DNA of 63,525 bases, filler included, from Octopus bimaculoides (lineage: Eukaryota), in assembly GCF_001194135.2 (NCBI RefSeq). It is 6 parts of 5 records of this genome, joined end to end, with 100 filler letters (N's around TTAATTAATTAA, not from the genome) between each part and the next. Parts side by side here need not be neighbours in the genome. Positions count along the whole stretch, not along the records: positions 37,817 to 45,461 come from NC_068983.1; positions 45,562 to 55,623 come from NC_068999.1; 4 more parts are not named here. One strand, given 5' to 3'. How positions within the stretch are numbered: position 1 is the stretch's first letter; each line of letters opens with the position of its first letter. Of the stretch, positions 37,817 to 50,552 are shown piece by piece. The notes beneath the pieces were generated by a model, which saw only the letters and a list, made by a program, of their open reading frames with translations, was not told the origin of the DNA and made no database searches. A program made the position numbers and the translations under genes.

Positions 37817-38540
37817 TACGAGAGGGTACCCAAAAGTAACCGGAAAGGTTCTGTGTAGTTCAGGCTTCCGCTGCTAGAAGCCACTTGCGACCCTCAAGTC
37901 TGCCGACCGGTGGTGTCGGGTCAAGTCGTACTACCGAGTGGTGCGTCTTTATTTCCTGTGTTTCTCCCCTGTTCGTCGATTTTTGTGATGGCTGAAACGA
38001 AGGGACAGGGTGCTTCCGTGAAATTCTGTTTTCTGGTGGGAGAAACGGCGTCCGAAACAGTTCTCGTGCTTCAAACAGCTTACAAGGACGCTGCCATGGG
38101 CAAAACACAAGTTTACGAGTGGTTTTCACACTTGTCGCTGGATGACCAACCTTGTTCAGGGTGACCGTCGACCTCCCGAACGAATGAAAGCATCACAAAA
38201 ATTCATGAACTGATCTAGGAGGACCGTCGCTGAACAATTGACGAACTTGTTGATATGACTGGTGCGTCCTGGAGCCCCTCCCAACGAATTTTGAGCGAGG
38301 AATTACAAATGAATAGAGTCGCAGCAAAATGTGTGACTCAATTGCTCACGGAAGATCAAAACGACTGAATGCGTGTTATGAACTGAAAGAACAGTTGGAA
38401 ATTGATCCGACCCTTTTTTCGAAGGTCGTCCCTGGTGACGAAAGCCGGTGGGGCTACAGCTACAACCCGAAAGCGAAGCAGCAATCAAGGCAATGGATAC
38501 ATTCAATGTTACCACGCCCCTAAAAGTACAAGTGAAGCCC
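37817..38540 (+). mobile_element. mariner transposon, left TIR plus 5' half of a transposase pseudogene
   Basis: TA followed by CGAGAGGGTACCCAAAAGTAACCGGAA. MAETKGQGASVKFCFLVGETASET..QVYEWF..DDQPCSG*PST..RVAAKCV..L..FSKVVPGDESRWGYSYNP covers the HTH domains and first catalytic Asp (GDE); truncated afterwards. Confidence 0.9.
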
Positions 38541-39814
38541 AATGATTTCTGTCTGCCCTCTCACCCATACTCCTAACAGATAATGCCTTTTATTAAGCTT
38601 TAGATATAGAAGGTTTGATATAAATCTAAACTAAAAAAATAAATAAATAAAATCAGTGACAGGCAGAGTCTTCTTTGACATTTTATTTATTAGCTTCCAT
38701 GGTGTGGCAAAAGCAAGATGTTCTCTGTCTGTCTCCTTAACTTCTTGGAGATTTTAGGTATAATTATACTAATGTGTCCATCAGTTCTAATTTAATTAAA
38801 TTCTATGTCTTGTGCAGCTGAGGATTGCTCTGCATTTTTAAATTGATGTAATGATTGCATTGTTCAATTAAATGGAGTTGCATGGAACGATCGTACTGCG
38901 TTACCTCTGGATATCCTCGTTGCGTATTTTAATTTTAATCACCTTACTTTGAAATTGTATGGATAATACCGTACTAAATTCTGATGCCTAAACTTAAGTA
39001 CCATATTCACCTGAATCTAAATTTTTGCTATATATATATATATATATAGTGTAGNNNNNNNNNNNNNNNNNNNNNNNNNNNNNNNNNNNNNNNNNNNNNN
39101 NNNNNNNNNNNNNNNNNNNNNNNNNNNNNNNNNNNNNNNNNNNNNNNNNNNNNNNNNNNNNNNNNNNNNNNNNNNNNNNNNNNNNNNNNNNNNNNNNNNN
39201 NNNNNNNNNNNNNNNNNNNNNNNNNNNNNNNNNNNNNNNNNNNNNNNNNNNNNNNNNNNNNNNNNNNNNNNNNNNNNNNNNNNNNNNNNNNNNNNNNNNN
39301 NNNNNNNNNNNNNNNNNNNNNNNNNNNNNNNNNNNNNNNNNNNNNNNNNNNNNNNNNNNNNNNNNNNNNNNNNNNNNNNNNNNNNNNNNNNNNNNNNNNN
39401 NNNNNNNNNNNNNNNNNNNNNNNNNNNNNNNNNNNNNNNNNNNNNNNNNNNNNNNNNNNNNNNNNNNNNNNNNNNNNNNNNNNNNNNNNNNNNNNNNNNN
39501 NNNNNNNNNNNNNNNNNNNNNNNNNNNNNNNNNNNNNNNNNNNNNNNNNNNNNNNNNNNNNNNNNNNNNNNNNNNNNNNNNNNNNNNNNNNNNNNNNNNN
39601 NNNNNNNNNNNNNNNNNNNNNNNNNNNNNNNNNNNNNNNNNNNNNNNNNNNNNNNNNNNNNNNNNNNNNNNNNNNNNNNNNNNNNNNNNNNNNNNNNNNN
39701 NNNNNNNNNNNNNNNNNNNNNNNNNNNNNNNNNNNNNNNNNNNNNNNNNNNNNNNNNNNNNNNNNNNNNNNNNNNNNNNATATATATATATATATATGTA
39801 TGTATATATACATG

Positions 39815-39847
<33 letters not shown>

Positions 39848-39954
39848 GTATATATATATATGTATATATATATGTATATATATATATGCCAATTTTGATA
39901 AAAAATTGTACCTGAATACCAAAGGTAGAGTAAACTACTATACTGAATTCTCAT

Positions 39955-39996
39955 AACTGTCTGATGAACGGTTGCGTAAAACTCTGAGTAACAGTT
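39955..39996 (+). ncRNA. Type I hammerhead ribozyme fold with G12-to-A substitution; probably a Penelope-like element remnant
   Basis: AACTGT-CTGATGA-ACG gttg CGT-AAA-AC tctga GT-A-ACAGTT: 6-bp stem I, intact CUGAUGA box, 3-bp stem II, short stem III and GUA cleavage triplet. Confidence 0.8.
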
Positions 39997-40649
39997 TGTG
40001 GAGGCGTTTTTTCAGCCTCGATAAAAGAGCATACACACACACACACACACATGTGAGTGTGTGGGGGTATAGATATAGATATACGCACATATATATCTGA
40101 AAGGGAATTACATATCCTTCGTCACTCTCTCACTTCTAGTAATGCTACTACACCTCCCGTTACACAATTACAACTAATAAAAATAATTCGCATCCTCTAC
40201 TATTGCTACTTCTCTGCCTCCTCCTTCTCTTCCTTTTCCTTCAAATTCTTAGTTTACAACTTGAACAAGAATGGATTCGATGAAAAATGTAGTACTGTGA
40301 TGAGGCATTTTCATTCTTTCTATTTAAATTGTTCTCAATAATTAGGAACTCTCTTCGTATTACTATTTAATATACTGTGCAGTAGAAACCAGTACTTATT
40401 CTATCTTTTGAATGCTGTTCCTATTCGTCCAATTGTTGTATACATATGAAGGCAAATGCTCCAGGTTAATAAAAATGTCTGAAAACTAATGCTAGTGAGG
40501 TCATTATGAACGTAACAAGAAGCTCACCAAATGGTGGCGTGCTTTCCAAATGTGACCACCAGCGGATTTCTTCCAGAAGAGAGAAAGACAGAAATGAAAA
40601 GTGAGCTGAAGAGAAGAATTAGCCCTCGTGTAGGACTCGAACTTTATGA

Positions 40650-40860
40650 ACTCCAGAAGAGATGAAAGGCAAACTTGACCTCGCTGGCATTTGAACTCAG
40701 AAGGCAGAGATCCGGAATGATTACCGCAAAGCCTTCCTCTCCGACACTAACAGCTTTATTAATTGATCGCCTGAAAGGTAAAGTTGATTGCGGCGGGATT
40801 TGAACTTGGAGAACAGAGAATCAGAATGGATGCTGCAAGGTGTTTTATCTGATGCTCTAA
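40650..40860 (-). mobile_element. Two degenerate SINE family A fragments
   Basis: GATGAAAGGCAAACTTGACCTCGCTGGCATTTGAACTCAG and CTGAAAGGTAAAGTTGATTGCGGCGGGATTTGAACTTGG. Confidence 0.65.
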
Positions 40861-42059
40861 CGACGTATAGATGGTCGTGGTGACGTGGTGAAACCATCTA
40901 ATAACGACTCTGTTCAGATGGATGGTATAATACATATAATGTTCCAGTTGGAAAGAGAGAGACACAACCGAGCAATAGGTTGAAGAGAATTTATTGATAT
41001 GGTAACTTGTGTGTCTGTGTGTGCGTCTTGTATACAAAACAAAAGACAGGCCGTCATGAGAACAAAGTGTATGTGTGTATACAGAATGGATGTATGCGTG
41101 TGGGTTAAGTACATATAAGAATAACAGTAAGAGGACAGTGAAAGAGTCTATAATGAGAAGTTAGACGAATGTTTATAGACACAAGAATGAGAAATACCAG
41201 CTCGTAGTCAGTTGTAGACGCTGATTGAAATACTGTCTCAAGAAGTTGTGGCGATGATGCAGAGCCGGAGTTGCGGTACGTGTCGTTCGAATGCTGCTGC
41301 TTCTGTCACTTATACAGGAGTTCTCGCAGGTTGTATATTCGCTGTTAACCATGATGAAGTAATTCGCTTGGACAGTGCTATGTTAGAACCTGTGTAGTGT
41401 TGCTGGTTGAGTCGTGTATGTAGAAATGTTGTTGACGTCGTTAAGAAGAAAATGGTAGCGACGAAGAAAGAGATTGCCGTAATGCTGTTGGACGGGTGTT
41501 GTCGTCTGGTGTTGTCGTTGGAACTGGCTGTGTCTTGTGTGGTCAGTAGCTAAACCTTAAAAGGTCTGGAACCAAAGACCTCGAGACAAGGAGAAGGTGA
41601 ATTTTTATAAGAAACAGTAGGATCAAATTGGATTGTGAACAGGCTGTCTCACGTGATCTTATTTAGGGGCTCCTTTGGTTATACGCTGCATACTGGCGCG
41701 ACAGAGTAAGAGACAAATTGCACCAATACCAACCAATCAGAAGGGTGGACACGACGTGGTCCAGATAGCGGCCAAAGGTTAGCTGTTATCTGCTACGTTC
41801 GTATGCTAGTATATATAATAAAAGGAAGAGGAATTTCACTCGGCTGCACGCTACAGACGTTTCCACTTCACCGCTCTGCATTTGGTTGTTATACAGTCAG
41901 TTAAATCAATCTCTGAACTTACTGCGGTATTTTAGCATAAAAAGTAAAGAGTGCCATGATTGAACTTTAACTCAGAGACGGAACTAGATAGAGCAGTGAG
42001 TTTTGTTTGATGCTCTACCGATCTGCTAATCTACAGTCCTTTAAGAGAATATTACAATA

Positions 42060-42490
42060 GCATGGAGCGTAGTTAAGGAATTTACTTCGCAGTCACAAGG
42101 TTCCGATTTCAATTCCACTGTATGGTAGGTACCTTGGGAAAGTGACTTTTAGCAGTGCCACGGGAGTAAAGCCGTACAAACGGAAACTGCGGAATCCCGT
42201 TGAATGGGATTTACTTGTATGTCCTCCAGCCTCGTCACATAGCATCACCCTGATTCCTTCTGAGAATTAGAAATGTCTTTGGAATGGTCTAACTCTTAAC
42301 TCGCTTATTCTATACCGTTCACCTTTACTGGTTACGGTCATTCAACTGCGACCATGCTTTCGCCGAACAAATTAACCTCAGAACTTAATTTTTAACGTCT
42401 GGTACTCATTCTATCGGTTCTTTTTTGCCGAACCACTTAGTTACGGGGACGTAAACAAACCAGCACCAGCTGTCAAGCGGTGAAGGGAAT
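42060..42490. mobile_element. SINE family B pieces: plus-strand head (42060-42240) and minus-strand 3' part (42300-42490)
   Basis: GGAGCGTAGTTAAGG..GGTTCCGATTTCAATTCCACTG..ACCTTGGGAAAGTGAC; TTTTTGCCGAACCACTTAGTTACGGGGACGTAAACAAACCAGCACC. Confidence 0.65.
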
Positions 42491-45008
42491 NNNNNNNNNN
42501 NNNNNNNNNNNNNNNNNNNNNNNNNNNNNNNNNNNNNNNNNNNNNNNNNNNNNNNNNNNNNNNNNNNNNNNNNNNNNNNNNNNNNNNNNNNNNNNNNNNN
42601 NNNNNNNNNNNNNNNNNNNNNNNNNNNNNNNNNNNNNNNNNNNNNNNNNNNNNNNNNNNNNNNNNNNNNNNNNNNNNNNNNNNNNNNNNNNNNNNNNNNN
42701 NNNNNNNNNNNNNNNNNNNNCAAACTCTTTAATTATGCAGCCATGCCATATTTCTTCAACTGAATTTTCATCGTCGAAACCGACGGAGATCCATCTACTT
42801 AATAACAGACTCAACATAAGAAAGGAGAGTTTATTTTTTTATACACGAGAACTGACTCTCATTCTCATAAAATTTTTTCGCCGTTTTTTGGTGGGAGGAT
42901 CATTTGTGGAAATTCGGGAAAGTAACATTTGAAACAAAAGCTCCATGAAAAGTCGTATGAGTATAAGAATACGATTAAATTAAACGAAAATCTTGGCCTG
43001 CAAACAAAGAACAATGCCTGGTGTTTCATGTGAAAGTCAACTGTCTTCGCGGTATGAGACTTGCTTATCTCAAACAATGTAAAACAATGAAACCAAGTGA
43101 GACACCAAACTGAACAAATCCAATTTATTATCGCTTGGTATTTTATCAGTCAACACACTTTCTGACTTTCATCTAACACTGATGAACTCTAGTCACATGC
43201 ATTTCAACAAAACACACACACACACACTCACACACACACACACTCACGCACACACGCACTCACAAAACACCAATATGTCCACTAGTACTAAGGGAGGAGC
43301 CCCTGTCACTAAAGCGTGTCATTGTCAAAATGTATTCGAGTGTCTTGTATCGATGATTGTTTCAGCAATTTGTCCGCGTCCATATTAGTTTATACTAAAG
43401 TTCTCTATTGAATATACCCAAAGATTTTAGCTATCACTGTATTCGTAAATTAATTAATTAATAATTTACGAGATGCATGAGACAGATGTAATCGCTTGTC
43501 ATCTTCATTGTCCAACCTCTATGTGGATATTAAAACAAGGATCGATTGCTGGTGACGCTGTAATATACTACTATATCTTCATCAGCAATCGATACCCTAC
43601 TTTAACTGCCACCGTGAAATTGTAATTGAAAGCCACTAGTAGGTTACATACACACACGCCGCATGCGTGCATACATACACGCATACATACATACGTACAT
43701 ACAAACATACGTACATGTATTCATTCATAGATGCATATAATTGAATTAATGTGTTATACAGTGCAGTACTGTGTATTTTTATTTATTAATTTTTTAGGCG
43801 TGAAAATGCTTATTTTACCATAGAAATAATTAAAATCAAGAAAGTATATATACCTATCGGCCGCAGAAACCCGCGATATAAATTTACATATATTAGCCGG
43901 AGAAATTTGATAGAGCGCGATAGGCGAACCCTGATATGGCGAGTGATTACTTACTGTACACCATACCTTATGCAATTCTCACGCTCATCAGACAATATTG
44001 AAAATAGAGATAATTAATCACTTATTGGGTAACAAGTTGATTTCAAAATAAACCCATTCGCTTGTTCGTTTGTTACTATTTCGTGCCTCATCAGATGCTC
44101 GATTATTCGGTGGAATTGCGAATTACTCAAGAACAGTGTCTGGTTTTCATTGATGCTTTCTACACTGATAATAGATTACATCACTGTCTGCTCTGCATGA
44201 CTGTCTCGCCAATCAACGACGTATTCCTGTTGATGTGCCCCGATTCTTTATGAATCTTATGTAACATACATATTCATTCTTGCATAACATAACATAACAT
44301 ACATACATACATAAATACATACATAACATAACATAACATGTATGCATATATATGTGTGTGTATATATGTCTATATGTATATTGTCAAGCAGTATATTACT
44401 GGTTATGACATATAACTGTGCTGTGTGGAAGCAGCATGTTCTTCTGCATATTGTAAAAGGCGACTAAAAGAGGTTGAGTTAGGATTTGCACTCCGAACTC
44501 GTAAAACCCTCACCAGCAACAACTACCTAAACAGACCCATGAGTTGGAGGGTCTTCGCCTGAGTAGTGGAAAGGTGTCATCTATCAGGAATAGGAAATCA
44601 CCAACAAATAGTGGAGTCAACTCGACCAAATATGCGTGGTTAACTCAGTTGTATACGAAGCCGAGGTCACCCCACTTCTATCTCACTTCTACCATATTAA
44701 CGAAACTGAAAAGAAAAAAAACAAACATATATTGGACTATGTGATTTTTTAAAAAAGGGTCTGCAAAACACCAGTCATCTTTGAGGCACGTAGACTAGAA
44801 TAAAACCACTAAGCTAGATAGCCACATCTGGAACCTGAAGTTTAAAATTACCCGCCATACCATCAAGTGGAGGATCGATGAGCGATCCAAGCCATACGTT
44901 TATGGATCAAGGAGGTGCAGGTGTTGTACAGCTGAAAGAACTCATGTCTTTTTTTATACCTAAGAAGCTCCTGAATTTAAGATCGGAAATTGTCAACAAA
45001 TGACAGTT

Positions 45009-45053
45009 GAAGCCGACCGTAGGTGCAGATCTCGGTGGTAGTAGCAAATATTC
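45009..45053 (+). other. Short 28S rRNA-like segment, not an rDNA unit
   Basis: GAAGCCGACCGTAGGTGCAGATCTCGGTGGTAGTAGCAAATATTC versus the eukaryotic LSU stretch as I recall it, GGAGCCGCCGCAGGTGCAGATCTTGGTGGTAGTAGCAAATATTC; the flanks are not rDNA. Confidence 0.7.
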
Positions 45054-45670
45054 GGGCTGGAGAACATCACCGTTTCCATATTTGGAATACATTTTAAAAA
45101 CTTTAATCTTTCCCCTTCAAATTTACCGCGACGGTAATTATTAATTCCCATTGTAACGAGCCAAAGGGACAAAAGCCTTATTTTCGTCTCCTCTAAGCTT
45201 TCTGGTTTCTTTCTTTCATATTTCTCGTTTTATTCTCGTTTTCTTGTTTTGCAGTACACGACACCTTACACAAGCTCGTCCAACTACTGTACTACCAGAG
45301 TATGAAATCTATAGTTGCTTGCATCTAAATTCTGTGTTTATTAAATAATATTTATCTCTCGCTGGTTAGAGTACTTTTGTTGATCCTACGAATAATGGAA
45401 CTGTACACTATATATATATATATATGTAATATTTTATAAATATATATATATGTATGTAATANNNNNNNNNNNNNNNNNNNNNNNNNNNNNNNNNNNNNNN
45501 NNNNNTTAATTAATTAANNNNNNNNNNNNNNNNNNNNNNNNNNNNNNNNNNNNNNNNNNNNATATATATATATGGATGGATGGACGCATATATGCACGTA
45601 TGTGTGCATGCAGGTATGTATGTATGTATGCATGTATGTATGTATGTAATTATGTGTGTATATGCATATG

Positions 45671-46045
45671 AGTGGGTGTGTGGTAAGGTGTTTGCTTCTT
45701 AACCACATGGTTCTCGGTTCAGTTCTTCTGCGTAGCAGCTTTGGCATGCGTCTTCTACTTAATCCCTTGAGCGAACGCATCCTTATGTATGGATTTGGTT
45801 GACGGAAATTAGAAGCCTATCATATATATACACATACAGATGTGTACGTGTGCGCGCGCGTGTGTGTGTGCGTGCGTATATATGTGTTTATATATTGGGT
45901 CTGTTACTCCCCGTGACTTAGCGGTTCGTCATAAACAGTCTGAGAGAAAATGTACCACACTTAAAAACTTAGCACACTAGTCGATTTTTGCTATTAAATC
46001 CTTCAAAGCAGTGCCCCAGAACGGTCGCTATGAAATGAGTGAACG
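45671..46045 (+). mobile_element. SINE family B, degenerate near-full-length copy
   Basis: GTGTGTGGTAAGGTGTTTGCTTCTTAACCACATGGTTCTCGGTTCAGT..GGATTTGGTTGACGGAAATT..CCCCGTGACTTAGCGGTTCG..GCAGTGCCCCAG. Confidence 0.75.
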
Positions 46046-46162
46046 TTATAGGATATACCAAATACATACATGCATACATTCATACATACGTACATTCATA
46101 CATGCATGCAAGAATACGTACATACATATCTACTATCTATCTATCTATCTACACACATACAT

Positions 46163-46198
<36 letters not shown>

Positions 46199-46237
46199 AA
46201 ATACATACATACATACATACATACATACATACATACA

Positions 46238-46269
<32 letters not shown>

Positions 46270-47659
46270 GATATATGTTTAAGTGCATGTGTGAGTATAT
46301 GTGCGTAAATACAAGGAGTCGATAATCAGATTTTCTGAAACAAGCGTATGGTAAGCAAAATTTGATTCTCTCGAATATTATTGTCAAAATCAATTCTCAG
46401 TTGTCTTCGTACAATGCAGTGCTATAGTTTGAAATGTGTTTGATAGAAAGGAAAGAAGACAGATAGAAATTCTTCTGTTCAAGAAGGAAATTTAAAATAT
46501 GGCTCTTTTATCAGATGATTTATAAGGTGGGGTGGAGTGGAAAGATCATATAAGGTAATAATTTTATCAATCACGTTTGAAGCACGGTTAACATCAATGA
46601 AGCTGACATCGCTAGATTTTAAATAAACACCACTGAAAAGAGCTAGATCTGATAAATTGTGGTATACATACAGAGTGATTGTAAGCTTGTCTTCTTTTTG
46701 TAATATTTTGCTATAATAGCGCCGACGACGTGCTGGAAATAGCTTCAAATCTCCATAAAACATCTTCCTCTAATTTTAAGAAAGAAATGTAAGTTTACAT
46801 TGGATAACGTCATCCAGGGAACATACTCTTTAGGAAAATACAAATAACAGGCTACACAGAACTACGAGCGCTTTTTACATAAATCCGCTCCATCATGGAA
46901 AATGTGGCTAATAACATCATTTACAACAGCAACGACAACAGGACCAACATCAGTTTAACAATTGCATGTCATATATACTTATGCACAAGATTTTGTTTAA
47001 CGAAAAACTCATTATCCTAACAATTTGAGAATTAGTTATCTATGAGATTTTGTAACATAACAGAGGTTATAAAAATAAGTTTCTCTTTGTCGGACATCGG
47101 TTTTAACATGATGCTATTTGTACGCGAACAGTGTTCGTGGTGAAATTTTGAGTCAATTTTGAGTGGCATTGGATCATTATAGTGTTTCAAATACGGCCTC
47201 TCCGATTAATCCCGTCAACTTAATATGATGAGGAAGTTCAGGTTGAAATCTGTAATTAATCACATTCTCGAGCTTTGTCATCATTTGGATTGCAACAATT
47301 TGTTTCATGTTTCTGCTTTGACACAAGCTTTGCATGTTACGAGGTCTTGAAAGTGTTCTAAATAAAATGAACACAAGACTATAATAATTTTATCCTCCCT
47401 TGAATAAGTACGTATTATCAACTTCTCAGGCATATTTCTGTGGTTAGTCCTTTTTCTCAGTCGAATCGTTCCGGCTCCAGAGTCACTGTCAATTGATTTG
47501 CGCTATTTTCTTCTCCAACAGTCTGAAATTGGGAAAGACCTTGCGATTCTAAAAGTACCTAAGTTTCAGGAAATTTTATACTTAAAATTTCCCAACAAAG
47601 TCCAGGTATTGTTTATTGCATGGTAGCTTTTGTGTCTTAAGGAGTTTTGGCAGCTAAGT

Positions 47660-47990
47660 GCAGGCACCTGACAGCACCTCCTATGTCGGACTTGCTAAAG
47701 GATAGAAGCATGACTAATATGGACAGTATCTTACCAGTAGTAAAAATGGGTTTACATATGGCAAACGTCCTTACCTAGGAAAATCAAAGTTACAGAAGAA
47801 TGGATAACAATGAAAAACCTGGGAGACGAAGGCCTTCCCTAAAGGAGGCATATGAGGTGGTGTATTAAAATCTGGAAGGACCCCACAAGAAAAAGGTAGG
47901 GATCAGATTGGAGAGAAGCAGAAAAAGACAGCCCAGAGTCGAGAGCTCTGGGGAGAAAGCGTCAGTGGTCTATGCTCTACAGGGAGTGAA
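47660..47990 (+). mobile_element. RTE-clade LINE 3' end, degenerate
   Basis: Remnants of the W.GHVL and GR...WR motifs; ends GGTCTATGCTCTACAGGGAGTGAA, an RTE-type terminus. Confidence 0.55.
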
Positions 47991-50512
47991 AATCTTTAGT
48001 ATTGTAAATATTCTACAACACAAATACTGTTTCAGACTACCAAATTTTCATTAACGTTGTTTGATAAACATTGAGCTAGGATTGAACCATTCTTAAACTT
48101 GCCACAACCATAAATAATTAAAAACCCAAATACAAGTTATATAATAACGAAAACTTCAAATAACCACGTATTTTATTGAAAAGAAAACCTTTAGTACAGC
48201 ATTTCAGTAACAAGGATTAAGTATAATCAATGGAAAAACGTGTATAGTAAACCCCGTCACACACACACGCACACAAACACAGTCAAAACATATAAAATAA
48301 GACAATCTAGTACACTGCCCCTAGATTATATATACTTCATATAAACTAAAGAATATTACTATAGAACACAATTATCACAAAGGTGAAACAAAAAACAACG
48401 CTAAATCCAGTTTAGGTTCATAACTGGTATAGAAATAACAGATGAAGTATTTGTGAAATGACCATTGGCATGGATTTGTTTCATTCTGTGCAATCATTTA
48501 ACTCCAATCTAGAACATTCATTTATCAAACACACACGCACATTCGTTCATGTATACACATGCACACATCTAGGTGTTATACAATGCAAACTTATGCAATG
48601 CACTCATCTACATTTTAAGCAATAGATGCTTGGAGCACCAAACAACACCTCAACGGACTGAACGCAACTATACAAATACAATAACACATACCGACTTTTC
48701 GAAAATGCGTTCTGAAGTCCCTTGTGCAGAAAAGCACAGTAACAACAATAGGCAGTATTGAAATGGCATACAGATGATTTACAATGAATTCTATTGAAAT
48801 TCGGTGCAAACAGCACTTAAATGTATTTAGAACCAGATATATAATCAATGTAGAATCTTCATCGAGATAGACAAGTAACTCAAAAGTAAAGGAATCCACT
48901 GTACCACAAGGAAGTTGTGTATAATCTGTAAACAACTTATCTATAGATTCAAGTTAAGCATTGTTGTGCAAAAGTTTCATGCCTAATATATTAACAACTA
49001 ATATTCCAAAGGAAGTATCATGTTATTCTGAAGATTTCTCTATAGACAATATATCTTCATAGAATTTCAAACCCAAGCAGGTTAAAATACCATTCAATGA
49101 AAATTTACATTTGATATCTAGAATAATTTCCTTTTGGCTCCAATCATCTGTTGCATGAAACCTAGGTTAGATTATTTCATAACCATCTATTGAATTAGGC
49201 AGCGTGTAGTGTGTATACATGTACAGGCGTAGGTTTTATGCGTTTGTGCGTGTGAGTGAGCGTGTTCTGAAAGCTCTGCAATGGATTGTTAGGTGGTTAT
49301 ATCAGCGTCTAGTGTAAAACAAATTCATATCGATAGCCATTTTGCAAATATTTATTGAAGTTTTCTCATACATTAGAAGTCATGAAATTGCATAAGTATT
49401 CAGAGTTGCAAGATTAAATGAAATACATTAATGTCTTTAAGTAGTTTATAATATGTTTTCGAGTAAAATTATATTTCTGTATTTCATAATTAAACTGATA
49501 AAGTTAAATAGGTTTTCAGTCAAGTTGGAAATCAACTCACTATTTGCTTCATTATTCTTCATTTCTTTACTGAAATGCCTAAAACAAACAATCTTTTAAA
49601 GAGTTTTAACCTTGCTACACATTACAAATATTATTTGTAGTTGCTTAATATTTTTTTTCAGAAGTAGCTAACTAATGCAAAAGAAATATCAAAAGAATAT
49701 AAATTGACTTTGATATTAAGATTTGAATCAATTCAAACGTTTCGGTAATATATTGATTCTTTCTCCGTTTGAAAATAATTTTATCTAGATAATTAAATTG
49801 TAATCTTTAAAATATTACTTTCTGAAGAAGTTTTAATAAATTGCCATTAAATCAATTGAATATCATGCTCACTACTGTACTCCTGCTATACTAAAGTTTC
49901 AATAAGTATACTACATATATAACTGTGTGCAAACGAAATACAAAAACGAAATATAGCTGTGACTTGTTATTCAAAAGCGCTGAAAAGATTTTGAATAAGC
50001 CAGAATATTTTATATGGGGTAATTTGAAAATATTTCGTATTTCTATAAATAAACATTGGATCGAATTTTATGTGTGACATATATGTTATTTACGATAAAA
50101 TTTTAATGGATTTCTAGTAAAACTATTGTGACATGTTTTCATTTGAAAATAAATTTGTTCATTTTCTATTTCTGAGAAAAACCAATTCTATCAGTTATAC
50201 GTTTCATTGCCATTCTATATATACAGCTATATATCTATAACGATATTTTGCTTTTATTCATGCTATATCATTTCAATTTTGCTCCTACCTTCGTGTCATC
50301 ATTCGCCCTCTCTTTTTCTATTCTTATTTACGTCAATATAGCCTTATATATTATTGATCTTATCCAGCTAGCTCTCGTTTCGACTTTCTTTTCGAATATA
50401 ATATCTGTGTTTCCTTCAATTAAATTTGTTAATCTGTCTAAACATTCACCAATCTTAAGACGTTTCTCTATACTTTCTCTATCTTACTATCACGTGCATT
50501 CTCTCCCCTCAT

Positions 50513-50552
<40 letters not shown>

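Noticed and set aside
44075-44100. Minus-strand CTGATGA-GGCAC-GAAA..GTA hammerhead-like core
   Set aside because: Stem II is essentially absent and stem I does not pair; likely chance.
46479-46763. 94-aa minus-strand ORF (MFYGDLKLFPARRRR...)
   Set aside because: No recognisable motif and ambiguous splice context; cannot be distinguished from a chance ORF without a search.
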